A stretch of DNA of 64,000 bases, from the sequence record PP526765, one strand, 5' to 3'. The stretch comes from Escherichia phage HK3. Below, piece by piece: positions 9,753 to 19,080 of this stretch (the stretch's first letter is position 1; each line of letters begins with the position of its first letter). Made by a program: the position numbers and the translations under genes. The notes beneath the pieces are model-generated. The model saw only the letters and a list, made by a program, of their open reading frames with translations. It was not told the DNA's origin and searched no databases.

Positions 9753-10301
9753 ATGAAGAAGTTGATTCTAGGTTTGTGCTTAATGTTTACAGCACACTTA
9801 TCTTATGCAGTTGACTGCCCAGAGCTATCAATTAGCCAAAAAGTAAACATGTTAAAAGCTTACCAGTATGGTGAGAATAATATGGGTAAAGGTTGGGGTA
9901 TCACTCTAGCTGCTATAGCCTTACAAGAGTCAGAGTTAGGTCTGAAGGTAGAGAATAAAAAGACCCATGACTATGGTATCTTCCAGAATCACTTGAAGAC
10001 TGTTGTAAAGCGTAACAAAATCAGTCCTAATGTGGCTAAAAAGAAACTCTTAAAAGATTTTGACTATGCTGCAAAGGAAACACACAAAGAGCTTGAATTT
10101 TGGACTAAGGTACACGGTCAACCAAAGTCAAAGAAGACTTTACAAAAAGTTTTAGCATCATATAATGCTGGGTATTCGTACAAAATTCCTAAAGCTAAGA
10201 AATACTCTCAAGATGTCTATAACAATATGAAAGTCATCGCTCAATGTGAATTTGCAACAAACATTTCTAAGGTAAATCATGAAAAAATTAAGAAAGTCTG
10301 A
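9753..10301 (+). CDS. secreted lytic-transglycosylase-like protein
   Basis: N-terminal signal peptide (MKKLILGLCLMFTAHLSYA); ..ALQESELG...DYGIFQN resembles the SLT-domain catalytic E-S plus GLMQ-like motif. Confidence 0.45.
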   Translation: MKKLILGLCLMFTAHLSYAVDCPELSISQKVNMLKAYQYGENNMGKGWGITLAAIALQESELGLKVENKKTHDYGIFQNHLKTVVKRNKISPNVAKKKLLKDFDYAAKETHKELEFWTKVHGQPKSKKTLQKVLASYNAGYSYKIPKAKKYSQDVYNNMKVIAQCEFATNISKVNHEKIKKV

Positions 10302-10974
10302 TGAAGTGCTGTGTCATGCTTACGACTTGCATCCTCATGAGTTAGGTCTTGATTCCTGTATATGGACTCCAGAACAGTGCAGGGATTTTGAAGACACTGC
10401 AAGAGAGGTTGTATGTTCACTTGAAGAGTTCCACACATCAGAACCAATTGTGAACGTTGTGGACAAAGAGACTGGACAATCTCTAGGTGTAAGACGTGAC
10501 AGTTTAGTCATAGTCAATAAAGACCTTGTAGAAAAAGGTAACCTCATCTTAGCAGATATTGATGGTGTTCTTACAAATTTTAATCACGAAGATTGCTCAA
10601 CGGAATTGACTGATGGGTCATTCTCACAGTACACTAATCTTCTTGACTCTGTAAGAGCAAAACCAACGTATGTTTTTAGTATTATTGATGCAATTGCTAA
10701 TCATGCTGCCATTGGACTCTTGACAGCGAGAGGTGAATCTCAGAGAATACCTACTGAGATGTTTTTAAGGCATAACATAGAGCACGATTACATGCTTTTT
10801 ATGCGTGGTTTTGGAACTAACTCTATAAATGCAGAAAGTTTGAAAGTTAGGATGATTCAGTCTTGCATTCTTCCTTACTTTGATATAGTATGTTTTATAG
10901 AAGATACAGAGAAGAATGTTCAGAAGGTAAACAGAATCCTTCCGCACATTAAAACTATGTTAGTAAAACATTGA
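10279..10974 (+). CDS. HAD-superfamily hydrolase, 5'(3')-deoxyribonucleotidase-like
   Basis: HAD motif I DIDGVL (ILADIDGVLTNF) and downstream T/D motifs; true start may be internal. Confidence 0.4.
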   Translation: MKKLRKSDEVLCHAYDLHPHELGLDSCIWTPEQCRDFEDTAREVVCSLEEFHTSEPIVNVVDKETGQSLGVRRDSLVIVNKDLVEKGNLILADIDGVLTNFNHEDCSTELTDGSFSQYTNLLDSVRAKPTYVFSIIDAIANHAAIGLLTARGESQRIPTEMFLRHNIEHDYMLFMRGFGTNSINAESLKVRMIQSCILPYFDIVCFIEDTEKNVQKVNRILPHIKTMLVKH

Positions 10975-10984
10975 GAGAAAACTT

Positions 10985-11449
10985 ATGAACAATATCATTA
11001 CGGTAGCACTGGACGTTACGGCAAACAAATCTGAAGTAGTTCGTAACATTATCAAAAGCAACTTTGAGGGTAAAATCTTCCGTGCTGTCAATGTAAAAGC
11101 AGATGGTAACATCCGAGAATACCGTGCTCTTCTGAATGTTAAGAAACACGTCAAAGGTGCTGGTTCAACGACTGCACACAAAGAAAACCTGATGACTATC
11201 TATGATATGGGTATGGCTTCAGAGTTAGGTGCTGAAGGTATCGTTAAAGAAGGTGCTCCGTATCGCTCTTTCAATCTGGAAACTGCTCTTATGCTTTCCT
11301 TTACAAGTGGTTCTAAAACAACTACTTATCTCTTTACTGATGCTGCAACGGTATCTGCTATCAAGGATAGCACCGTCAAAGCTGGGGTAGCTGCTGCTGC
11401 AAAAGCTTCTTCGATGGCTGCAAATGTCCTTGCTAAAGTCCTCGGTTAA
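10985..11449 (+). CDS. hypothetical protein (154 aa)
   Basis: ORF track; followed by a strong terminator. Confidence 0.5.
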   Translation: MNNIITVALDVTANKSEVVRNIIKSNFEGKIFRAVNVKADGNIREYRALLNVKKHVKGAGSTTAHKENLMTIYDMGMASELGAEGIVKEGAPYRSFNLETALMLSFTSGSKTTTYLFTDAATVSAIKDSTVKAGVAAAAKASSMAANVLAKVLG

Positions 11450-11471
11450 GGTTAAGATACAGGCTCCTTCG

Positions 11472-11493
11472 GGAGCCTTTTTCATTTCAGGAG
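11472..11493 (+). terminator. rho-independent terminator
   Basis: GGCTCC-TTCG-GGAGCC hairpin plus TTTTT. Confidence 0.7.
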
Positions 11494-11501
11494 ATTGTTA
11501 A

Positions 11502-11849
11502 ATGACATTTAAAGAGTTCTGCCAAGCTACTTTCATAATTATTTTCTTAGTTGGGGCGGGTGTCTGGGGAGGATACTCTTACAGAGACTACCAAGTTGCT
11601 GAAGCTGAGCTAAATAATGAGAAACTAATAAGTGTTGCCAAAGATGCTTATCAGGAAGGTTTAGCCACACTCAGCACCAATTACAAAAATGATTTGAAAG
11701 ATGTGCTTGCTAAGAATAAGCACACAAAAGAGGTAATAACATATGAAAAGACTAAGCCAGAGTTTTATAATGTTTGTGTTACTGATAATTATGTCAGGGT
11801 GTTCAACGAACAAAGTGAACAGTACATTCAAAAACTCCCAAGTAAGTAA
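11502..11849 (+). CDS. putative inner-membrane spanin (Rz-like)
   Basis: N-terminal TM helix (FIIIFLVGAGVWGGY) followed by a charged, helix-prone periplasmic region. Confidence 0.45.
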   Translation: MTFKEFCQATFIIIFLVGAGVWGGYSYRDYQVAEAELNNEKLISVAKDAYQEGLATLSTNYKNDLKDVLAKNKHTKEVITYEKTKPEFYNVCVTDNYVRVFNEQSEQYIQKLPSK

Positions 11850-12012
11850 GAGTGACAAGTACACTCAAGAAGAGTCAAGATTCACTGTCAAAGGTAATAC
11901 TGGTAGTGATGTGGCAGCAGCCCTTGAGTTTTATCGTGATGGTTTTTACCAGTGCACAATCAAAGCTAATAACCTTATTGATATGATTTTATTAGGGAAC
12001 AAACAGCAATGA
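11743..12012 (+). CDS. putative outer-membrane lipoprotein spanin (Rz1-like), starting inside the previous gene in another frame
   Basis: lipoprotein signal with lipobox IMSG-C (MKRLSQSFIMFVLLIIMSGCS); overlapped architecture typical of Rz/Rz1. Confidence 0.45.
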   Translation: MKRLSQSFIMFVLLIIMSGCSTNKVNSTFKNSQVSKSDKYTQEESRFTVKGNTGSDVAAALEFYRDGFYQCTIKANNLIDMILLGNKQQ

Positions 12013-12278
12013 CAGAGAATGAAGACACTTTCTATGTAGAAGGGTACTTACTACTACCACGACCAAAAGAAACTTATATGCGAATTGATTTCTCACCGAC
12101 CATTATGGATAACGTGATGTGTCATATTTTTATGCAAGGCATCACAGCACAACTGAAGCATGTTGGTAAAGAGTGCAAAATAAAGGTTGACACTCATCCA
12201 GAAATCAAAGAGAATCACTACACATGGTTCTTACCAGACTCTAAAGAAATCTTAGCAGTTCTTAAAACGAGGAAATGA
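12009..12278 (+). CDS. hypothetical protein (89 aa)
   Basis: ORF track; overlapping stop/start. Confidence 0.45.
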   Translation: MTENEDTFYVEGYLLLPRPKETYMRIDFSPTIMDNVMCHIFMQGITAQLKHVGKECKIKVDTHPEIKENHYTWFLPDSKEILAVLKTRK

Positions 12279-12589
12279 TTATGCAATTCCAGCCAACAAA
12301 TCGTGGATTTTCTTATGCAGAATTTAAAGATGCTAAAGGAGAGATTTGTACTTTACAAGAAAGTTCATCATATGAACCATGTATCTGGTTAGGTGCTAAA
12401 GAGGTCTCTATTCAGTACCTAGATGGTGGCTGGAAAACACTTGATATCCCATCGTTAGTAGGCAAAGACTTTGTAGGTAACCAAAGAATGAAGCTCAATC
12501 AAGAACAGGTAAAAGAGCTATTGCCGTACCTTCAATACTTTGCTGAAAATGGTGAATTACCAACAGAGGAACTTACAAATGCAGATTAA
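12275..12589 (+). CDS. hypothetical protein (104 aa)
   Basis: ORF track. Confidence 0.45.
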   Translation: MIMQFQPTNRGFSYAEFKDAKGEICTLQESSSYEPCIWLGAKEVSIQYLDGGWKTLDIPSLVGKDFVGNQRMKLNQEQVKELLPYLQYFAENGELPTEELTNAD

Positions 12590-12905
12590 CGGAAGAGATT
12601 TTGTAGCCGTTTACTACGAGAAAGATAAAGAAGTTGGCGTAGCACAAGTATCTTATGGTAATGGTAAGTGGTTGTATGGGACAATCGCAGTAGTCGGAAC
12701 AAGAAGTGATACAAAAACTTTTAAAGACTGTGTTGACCTTCTTGAAGAATCCATCCATAATCATTGGTGTCTGATATGGATGACTGACAACGAAGTGATA
12801 GAACGCTTCAAAAAGATTGGTATCAACATTGATAGCATTGAGCATGTTGACTTGTATGAGCTAACTGAGAAGGTAAACTATGAAAGTAATACTAGCCAGA
12901 GATAA
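12540..12905 (+). CDS. hypothetical protein (start may be ATG at 12579)
   Basis: ORF track. Confidence 0.4.
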   Translation: MLKMVNYQQRNLQMQINGRDFVAVYYEKDKEVGVAQVSYGNGKWLYGTIAVVGTRSDTKTFKDCVDLLEESIHNHWCLIWMTDNEVIERFKKIGINIDSIEHVDLYELTEKVNYESNTSQR

Positions 12906-13099
12906 AAAGACCCGCAAGATTGTACGTTCAGCAGTATTTATTGGAAGAAATGAAGTGATTCCTTTTACAGCAAATGATGTGATAGCCTACAGGAAAAAAT
13001 TAGCATTCAGTTATTGCTTACGTGGCTTTATCTCCCAGCCATTGGAAGACTTTAAAAGTCGTTGTGGTAAAGGTATCATCATTCAAGAGGCAATTATCA

Positions 13100-13300
13100 A
13101 TGGCTGACTTCTGCAAAGACTGTTCTATCGAAATGTTTGGACGTGATACAGGTGACTTAAAAGGTCTTATCACTGAAGACGACTTTAAAGCTGGTTATGC
13201 AATGCCAGTAATCTGTGAAGGTTGTGGGTGTATCTGGGTAGACCACGAAGGGCAACGTGTAAAACCTTCAGAGGATAAAGAATCTTGGGAGAGATGCTAA
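13100..13300 (+). CDS. small Cys-rich protein (CxxC...CxGC, 66 aa)
   Basis: ATG at 13100 (MADFCKDCS...ICEGCGC); stop overlaps next start (TAAATG). Confidence 0.35.
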   Translation: MADFCKDCSIEMFGRDTGDLKGLITEDDFKAGYAMPVICEGCGCIWVDHEGQRVKPSEDKESWERC

Positions 13301-14086
13301 ATGGGTATTGTAAAAATCATCAATGGGGATATCTTCTCCGCATTTGATAAAGGTAAGTTTGATATCATTGGTCACGGTTGTAACTGTATGAACTTAATGG
13401 GTGCGGGTATCGCTGACAAGATTTCTAAACTTTACCCAAAAGCATATGAGACCGATACAGAAGTTTATCTGTATGCAGGCGGTATAGGCCACAAACCCTG
13501 TGAAAATTTACTAGGCAACTTCTCTGTAGCACGTTTAGAACAAGGCCGTATAGCTAACCTTTACACTCAGCTTAAGACTGGTAAAGATGCCCGATACAGT
13601 GCTTTAGAGTCATCTTTGAAACAACTTAACAGATACTGTGAAGTTAATCAGTTGAAGAAAGTTGGTTTACCTATGATTAGTGCAGGTATCGGTGGACTTG
13701 ACCCTCAAGCCGTCACCGTTATCATTAATCAGGTGATGAAGAGTGTAGATGTCTATCTATATGTCTACGAAGGAGAGATGTACCACAAGTTACGCTCAGG
13801 TTGGAAGAACTACTGTGAACCAGAATACTTTGCAGGTGTAGTAGTGTTCACTGACGATGCAGTTACCCTCTTCAGACGAAGAAAAGGTAAGGTACATCAA
13901 AGTAACCCTCCGGTTGAAAAGATGTCTCTAAGTAACGCTCTAGTTACCCACCTGTCGAAGAGCAATCACAGAATTGCAGTAACATTTGGCAGTGATGCAG
14001 ATACATATATCTATGCAAGAACTGATGAGGATGTTGAGGGAATTTTCTCTTCACCGGAAGTTACCTTCTTAGACGCAAAGAACTAA
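13301..14086 (+). CDS. macro-domain protein, TARG1/OARD1-like ADP-ribose hydrolase fold, with C-terminal extension
   Basis: GDIF...DIIGHGCNCMNLMGAGIA and LPMISAGIGGLD match the TARG1-type macro motifs (GDLF...HCISEDCRMGAGIA...MPRIGCGLD) as recalled. Confidence 0.55.
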   Translation: MGIVKIINGDIFSAFDKGKFDIIGHGCNCMNLMGAGIADKISKLYPKAYETDTEVYLYAGGIGHKPCENLLGNFSVARLEQGRIANLYTQLKTGKDARYSALESSLKQLNRYCEVNQLKKVGLPMISAGIGGLDPQAVTVIINQVMKSVDVYLYVYEGEMYHKLRSGWKNYCEPEYFAGVVVFTDDAVTLFRRRKGKVHQSNPPVEKMSLSNALVTHLSKSNHRIAVTFGSDADTYIYARTDEDVEGIFSSPEVTFLDAKN

Positions 14087-14161
14087 GAAACTCTGTAGAA
14101 TATTCACAATAGACTAAGCCTTTCTTATCTGGTAAATTTTCAGGTAAGGAGGGCTTTTTCA

Positions 14162-14352
14162 TTTTAGAATTGTGCAGGTAGAGTTCTGGACAGAAATCTG
14201 TAGAGAGAATTTTGAACTCCAAAGAGAAAATTCATTTTCAAACTGTGCAGGTAATCTCCAAAGAGCTTTTTCATTTTCAAAATGTGCAGAGAAAAATCAG
14301 GTCGGGCAAGAAAAATCATTTTCGAATTGTGCAGGTAGGTGGGTGCAGGTGG
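14162..14352. repeat. four direct repeats, consensus TTTTCATTTTCRAAWTGTGCAGGTA (iteron-like)
   Basis: copies near 14162, 14236, 14272, 14318; no credible coding capacity. Confidence 0.7.
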
Positions 14353-14513
14353 GGATGTCGCCATTTCTCACAAGGCTACCACATCCGAAAAGAAAAGTCA
14401 ACAGAAAAATTTGTAGCGGATTGAAAAATAATTCTTGATTTGTGTTCTGTTTTGTGGTATTCGCGCGCACCCGTTTCATTACATTTTTGCCAAAAATATT
14501 TTTAAAATTTTTA

Positions 14514-14542
14514 TTGACTCATCGAACGGGTTTTTATAGTAT
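14514..14542 (+). promoter_or_regulatory. strong sigma70-like promoter TTGACT-N17-TAGTAT with A/T-rich UP-like tract
   Basis: read directly; flanked by inverted 7-mers ACCCGTT (14470) and AACGGGT (14525); heads the small-ORF array. Confidence 0.6.
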
Positions 14543-14595
14543 CTGCATCAGACGGGGCGACAAGCCCGATAGCCTTAAACTAGGAGATTCAAAAA

Positions 14596-14802
14596 ATGAT
14601 TTACAGCCGTGAATTGATGGTCACAACTAACGTTAACACAAAGGTAAAACGTTTTTATATGCAAGTATGCGGCGCATGGCGTAGAATATCAGAATCTGAC
14701 TATTGCAACTATGTAGAAACGGCTATTAATTCTAATTGCTATCTTACAAAGAATACAAAGCGACATATAAAACAGACAGCGGTTTACTATTACGATATAT
14801 AA
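14596..14802 (+). CDS. array small ORF 1 (68 aa)
   Basis: ATG 8 nt after TAGGAGA in conserved cassette. Confidence 0.5.
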   Translation: MIYSRELMVTTNVNTKVKRFYMQVCGAWRRISESDYCNYVETAINSNCYLTKNTKRHIKQTAVYYYDI

Positions 14803-14892
14803 AAAGTACTTTACAGGGGGCTTAAAAGCTGATATCTTAAGCCCCAGATAAAGAACTTTACCACATTAACCTTAAACTAGGAGATTCAAAAA

Positions 14893-15273
14893 ATGGCATA
14901 TCGTGCACCTAAATTCATCAATAAAGACAACTTCCGCAACGCACTGGAAAAATCACTTGATGAGAATTTTACAGGTCAGATTATTGTTGTTCACGCATTC
15001 AATTTTAAGTATGATATTAACGGGAACAGAATCAACCATTACACGGCAACCATGTTAGATGGTACACTATCAAGTGAAAAAGCTGTACTGAATGCACTTG
15101 CAGGACGTGGCAAAAACCTGATAAAATGCAATAAGAGACGTTATCAGGGCGGCGCATATGGTTATGATGACGCTGTTTACCATCTTGAAAATATGGGCTA
15201 TCAGGTGGAAAAAGCTGGGGTCTCTCAAATAATCGGCAGTGACGGCTATGTGACAATTTTCAAAATTAACTAA
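14893..15273 (+). CDS. array small ORF 2 (126 aa)
   Basis: conserved cassette upstream. Confidence 0.55.
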   Translation: MAYRAPKFINKDNFRNALEKSLDENFTGQIIVVHAFNFKYDINGNRINHYTATMLDGTLSSEKAVLNALAGRGKNLIKCNKRRYQGGAYGYDDAVYHLENMGYQVEKAGVSQIIGSDGYVTIFKIN

Positions 15274-15363
15274 TAAAGTACTTTACAAGGGGCTTATAGT
15301 TCGATAAAGTAAGCCCCAGATAAAGAACTTTACCACATTAACCTTAAACTAGGAGATTCAAAA

Positions 15364-15621
15364 ATGGCTATTATCAAAAACGTTACAATCCCTGCAAAAA
15401 CTCGTGATGACGCTCGCGTTATGGCTAAAAAGTTATGCGGAAAAGTGGTTGACAACGGAAAAAAATCTGCTGTAAGATGGGGTGTAAAGGTTGATAAATG
15501 TTTAACCTTAAAACGTAATTCAAACAACCTTTTTAAAGGTGTAAAATCACTCGGTAAAGTGAACGTTTTTACCAAAAAAGGCTATAAAATGCACTTATCA
15601 TTAACTTGCAATTTAATCTGA
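15364..15621 (+). CDS. array small ORF 3 (85 aa, basic)
   Basis: conserved cassette upstream. Confidence 0.5.
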   Translation: MAIIKNVTIPAKTRDDARVMAKKLCGKVVDNGKKSAVRWGVKVDKCLTLKRNSNNLFKGVKSLGKVNVFTKKGYKMHLSLTCNLI

Positions 15622-15711
15622 TAAAGTACTTTACATGGGGCTTAAAAGCTGATATCTTAAGCCCCAGATAAAGAACTTTACCACTAAATCCTTAAACTAG
15701 GAGATTCTAAA

Positions 15712-16008
15712 ATGAAATTATCGAATAACGTTCGTGAAAATCTAAGCAAATTACTCAATAAAATCGATTTTATTGAGACCTCAAGAAATACTCATGCGGT
15801 TATGGAATGGATACACGGCAAAATAAAAGGCCGTCGTGTGGTGATTTGCTTATGGAATAGTTGCAGGGAGTATAAAAAACCTGTATTACAAATTAATGTT
15901 TATGATAATACTTTTAAAAGCCCTGTAAAGTCTAAAAGTGACTTATTAGAATCTTATGAGATAACTTTAAATGGTAAGGTATCACGTAAAGAGGAAACAC
16001 CATGTTAA
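15712..16008 (+). CDS. array small ORF 4 (98 aa)
   Basis: conserved cassette upstream. Confidence 0.5.
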   Translation: MKLSNNVRENLSKLLNKIDFIETSRNTHAVMEWIHGKIKGRRVVICLWNSCREYKKPVLQINVYDNTFKSPVKSKSDLLESYEITLNGKVSRKEETPC

Positions 16009-16334
16009 TGATGGGGACAACTGCAATCATCGCCATTATAGCCCTTTATAAGGCTTACAGCGCCTACAATCTGGCAAGTAAGGCAATCACGCAGCAGGTT
16101 AATAATAACCTTGTAGAAAGCTTTCTAGGGCGTTTAAGCGATGAGCAAATAAAGCGGCTAGAAATGAGTTTCAGATTTCAATCAAAAACTTATCAAATCA
16201 GCGACATTTTCAAAGAGGATTTTCAGCTTGTCGATGATTATAACGCACTGATAAATGCTTTAAATATCAGTGACTTAAAAGATTATTACGCTGTAATTGT
16301 CCAAGAATTGAACAAACGAAAAAATTCCTCTTGA
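16002..16334 (+). CDS. array small ORF 5 (110 aa, N-terminal TM helix), coupled to ORF 4
   Basis: ATG overlaps previous stop; hydrophobic N-terminus. Confidence 0.5.
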   Translation: MLMMGTTAIIAIIALYKAYSAYNLASKAITQQVNNNLVESFLGRLSDEQIKRLEMSFRFQSKTYQISDIFKEDFQLVDDYNALINALNISDLKDYYAVIVQELNKRKNSS

Positions 16335-16423
16335 TTTTGGTTTTAAAAGCAAGTAAATTACTAATCAACGGGGAGGGAATGACCTTCCCCACTAAGTAAA
16401 ACCCTTAAACTAGGAGATTCAAA

Positions 16424-16696
16424 ATGTATACTACTAACAACGGTCGAACCTTAAACGTAACACTGCGCCACTATGTAAACGGTGTAATGCACTTCGAAGA
16501 TTTACAAGCTGAACAACATATTTTGGATTGGCAACTTGCAGGATTCCAAAAAACTGCTACCGGATACGGGAAAAAGATTCCAACTAGTTGGAAAGTATAC
16601 TACGAAGGCCGTTTGCGCAGAATTTATCAGGATGTTTACAGCAATAGCGCAAAAAGTTACATCATGGTAAAAGGTAAAAAATTACACTTAGTGTAA
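16424..16696 (+). CDS. array small ORF 6 (90 aa)
   Basis: type B cassette upstream. Confidence 0.5.
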   Translation: MYTTNNGRTLNVTLRHYVNGVMHFEDLQAEQHILDWQLAGFQKTATGYGKKIPTSWKVYYEGRLRRIYQDVYSNSAKSYIMVKGKKLHLV

Positions 16697-16783
16697 AGTA
16701 CTTTACAAGGGGCTTATAGTTCGATAAAGTAAGCCCCAGATAAAGGGCTTTACCGCATTAACCTTAAACTAGGAGATTCAAAA

Positions 16784-17188
16784 ATGGCTATCAATAAACG
16801 CGAATTATCAATTTTAAAAGCACGTTTGACCGTCAACCGGATTAATGTTATCACGTCATCAGCGCCAGACGAAACACTGCAAAACATTATCGGGAAGATT
16901 CAAAGTGTTATCTTAGACGTTGAAAGCGTAAAAAACTCACTGATTGACGTTGCAGCGGGTATCACGCTAGACGGCGCACAATATGAAATGGCTGACATGT
17001 TAGGCAAATCTAAGGTAATGAATAGAGAGCTGGATTTGAAAATGTTTCGTTTTGCTGTTAAAGTATGGCTAGCCATCGAATATGGCGCGAATTTTGCAAT
17101 CGCTGACTTTTTCGCCACCTGGTTACAACGTAATTTAACAAATCACGATTTTCGTGATATCTGCGACGTAATTTACGCAGAACTTTGA
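16784..17188 (+). CDS. array small ORF 7 (134 aa)
   Basis: type A cassette upstream. Confidence 0.55.
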   Translation: MAINKRELSILKARLTVNRINVITSSAPDETLQNIIGKIQSVILDVESVKNSLIDVAAGITLDGAQYEMADMLGKSKVMNRELDLKMFRFAVKVWLAIEYGANFAIADFFATWLQRNLTNHDFRDICDVIYAEL

Positions 17189-17292
17189 AAAATTTCTCTT
17201 GATTTTGGTTTTAAAAGCAAGTAAATTACTAATCAACGGGGAGGGAATGACCTTCCCCACTAAGTAAAACCCTTAAACTAGGAGATTCTAAA

Positions 17293-17496
17293 ATGGCTAC
17301 TATCAACGGTTTAAACATTGAAACTACTCACATCAAAGATATTAAAGTCGGTGATACAGTCCTTTTTCACGGCGTAGAAAAAACCGTTACGGCGAAAGAC
17401 ATCAAAGAGGATTCTTTCATGGGTCGGTCTCTCTTCGGTGATTCGTATTGCTTAGGTTACCGTGCAGTTTTAAAAGTTGTAAAAAATAATAAATAA
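17293..17496 (+). CDS. array small ORF 8 (67 aa)
   Basis: type B cassette upstream. Confidence 0.5.
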   Translation: MATINGLNIETTHIKDIKVGDTVLFHGVEKTVTAKDIKEDSFMGRSLFGDSYCLGYRAVLKVVKNNK

Positions 17497-17583
17497 AGTA
17501 CTTTACAAGGGGCTTATAGTTCGATAAAGTAAGCCCCAGATAAAGAGCTTTACCACTAAATCCTTAAACTAGGAGATTCAAAA

Positions 17584-18126
17584 ATGAAATGCTTTCACGG
17601 TACTACTCAAGAAAATTTTGTCAACCTGATTAATAACGGTGATAAGCCATCAGGCGCATGGAATTGTTCGGATATGGATGGGAATTTTTACGTTTATCCA
17701 GAAAATAAAATCTATGGTGACGATGAGGAAGAAATAGTCTCTGAAGGTATCCAGCAAGCTCTGGGCAATGCCGCTATCACCGCAGCTTTCCAGATGAAAA
17801 CTCAAAACATTGTTATCTTGGAACTTGATATTCCAGAAGATGAGTTAAATGATGATTATTCTTGCGATAATATGTCTGGCGTGGCAAGTTTTACAGAATA
17901 TTTCGATTTAAACTGGATTAAAAAGGTTTACACCACTGAATTCAATGCCATGTTTTCGCCATTTTGTCTTCCTTCACTGGATAACCCGAATTTAAACTAT
18001 ATTGATGAGTCTCTGGAACTTCTCGCTAAAAGTGTTCAGCAATCAGACAGTATTCAGGTTTTTTGTGACATCATGGACACACTGACGGGAAACATCGCAG
18101 AAAGAGATTTAAAGGGCTTTTTCTAA
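17584..18126 (+). CDS. array small ORF 9 (180 aa, acidic)
   Basis: type A cassette upstream. Confidence 0.55.
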   Translation: MKCFHGTTQENFVNLINNGDKPSGAWNCSDMDGNFYVYPENKIYGDDEEEIVSEGIQQALGNAAITAAFQMKTQNIVILELDIPEDELNDDYSCDNMSGVASFTEYFDLNWIKKVYTTEFNAMFSPFCLPSLDNPNLNYIDESLELLAKSVQQSDSIQVFCDIMDTLTGNIAERDLKGFF

Positions 18127-18192
18127 TAACCTATACAATCACCTTATAAACACTGATTAGCCCCTTCTAGGGGCTTTTAGGAGGCTTAAATC

Positions 18193-18426
18193 ATGCTTAC
18201 AACCGTTTACCTCATCCTTTCCATTTGTAACGGTCATTCATGCGATTTTAAAGGGCTTGAAGAATTTACAGGGAGTAAAGAAAATGCTATTCAGGTTTGC
18301 CAGATAGCAAGACAAGACTACCCCACCAGTGATGATATACAATGCTATTTTAAGACAGAAGACAGCGACGGCGTTTATTTTGACAGCGTTGATGGTCAAT
18401 ATGAAATTATCATAGAAAAAGACTAG
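18193..18426 (+). CDS. array small ORF 10 (77 aa)
   Basis: preceded by hairpin AGCCCCTTCTAGGGGCT and AGGAGG Shine-Dalgarno. Confidence 0.5.
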   Translation: MLTTVYLILSICNGHSCDFKGLEEFTGSKENAIQVCQIARQDYPTSDDIQCYFKTEDSDGVYFDSVDGQYEIIIEKD

Positions 18427-18516
18427 ACAAGCCTGATAGAAATCTGTAAATTGTCAATCAACGGGAGGTAATGACCTCCCAACGAAGTAAAACCCTTAAA
18501 CTAGGAGATTCAAAAA

Positions 18517-18858
18517 ATGGCTTATGTAACTGTAATTACCAATAAACCGGATTCATCTTGGTCAACTCAAGTAAGTGATAAGATGACACCTATGCAGTGC
18601 CTAAAATACTTTGAGCAATGGAATAAAGGCGAGGATATCAGCCCCTTTCAAGTGATGCAGATTATCCATACAGACAACGAAGGGATTAAAACGGTTTTAA
18701 ATAGTGAGTACTATGTAACCAGATTTGAAACGAGATGTAAAACGATGAAACTATTACGCGAATCCGGTTATCCTCATATTGCCGCGCTAATCTGGGATGA
18801 TTTGCTAAAAAATCAGCGTATCAGCTACGTAAAACCTGAAAAAATATTCATCAGTTAA
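18517..18858 (+). CDS. array small ORF 11 (113 aa)
   Basis: type B cassette upstream. Confidence 0.55.
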   Translation: MAYVTVITNKPDSSWSTQVSDKMTPMQCLKYFEQWNKGEDISPFQVMQIIHTDNEGIKTVLNSEYYVTRFETRCKTMKLLRESGYPHIAALIWDDLLKNQRISYVKPEKIFIS

Positions 18859-19080
18859 TCAATAACTTACAAAAAACTTTCAAAAAAGTATTGACAACAC
18901 CCCTTGACATTGGTAACTTTGTTCGAGGGGGTTTATCTTAAAGGGATTCACTTAAAAGATTTCTTTAAAGATAAGCTTAAAAAATTGCTTGCAATCAGAT
19001 ATCAAAACAAGTAAATTACTAATCAACGGGAGGGATAACCCCCCCCACTAAGTAAAACCCTTAAACTAGGAGATTCTAAA

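Noticed and set aside
14164-14479. Overlapping small ORFs (14172..14438, 14212..14424, 14164..14364 and 14297..14479 on minus)
   Set aside because: They run across the four direct repeats so the protein sequences are themselves repetitive; no Shine-Dalgarno; region is better explained as a regulatory repeat array
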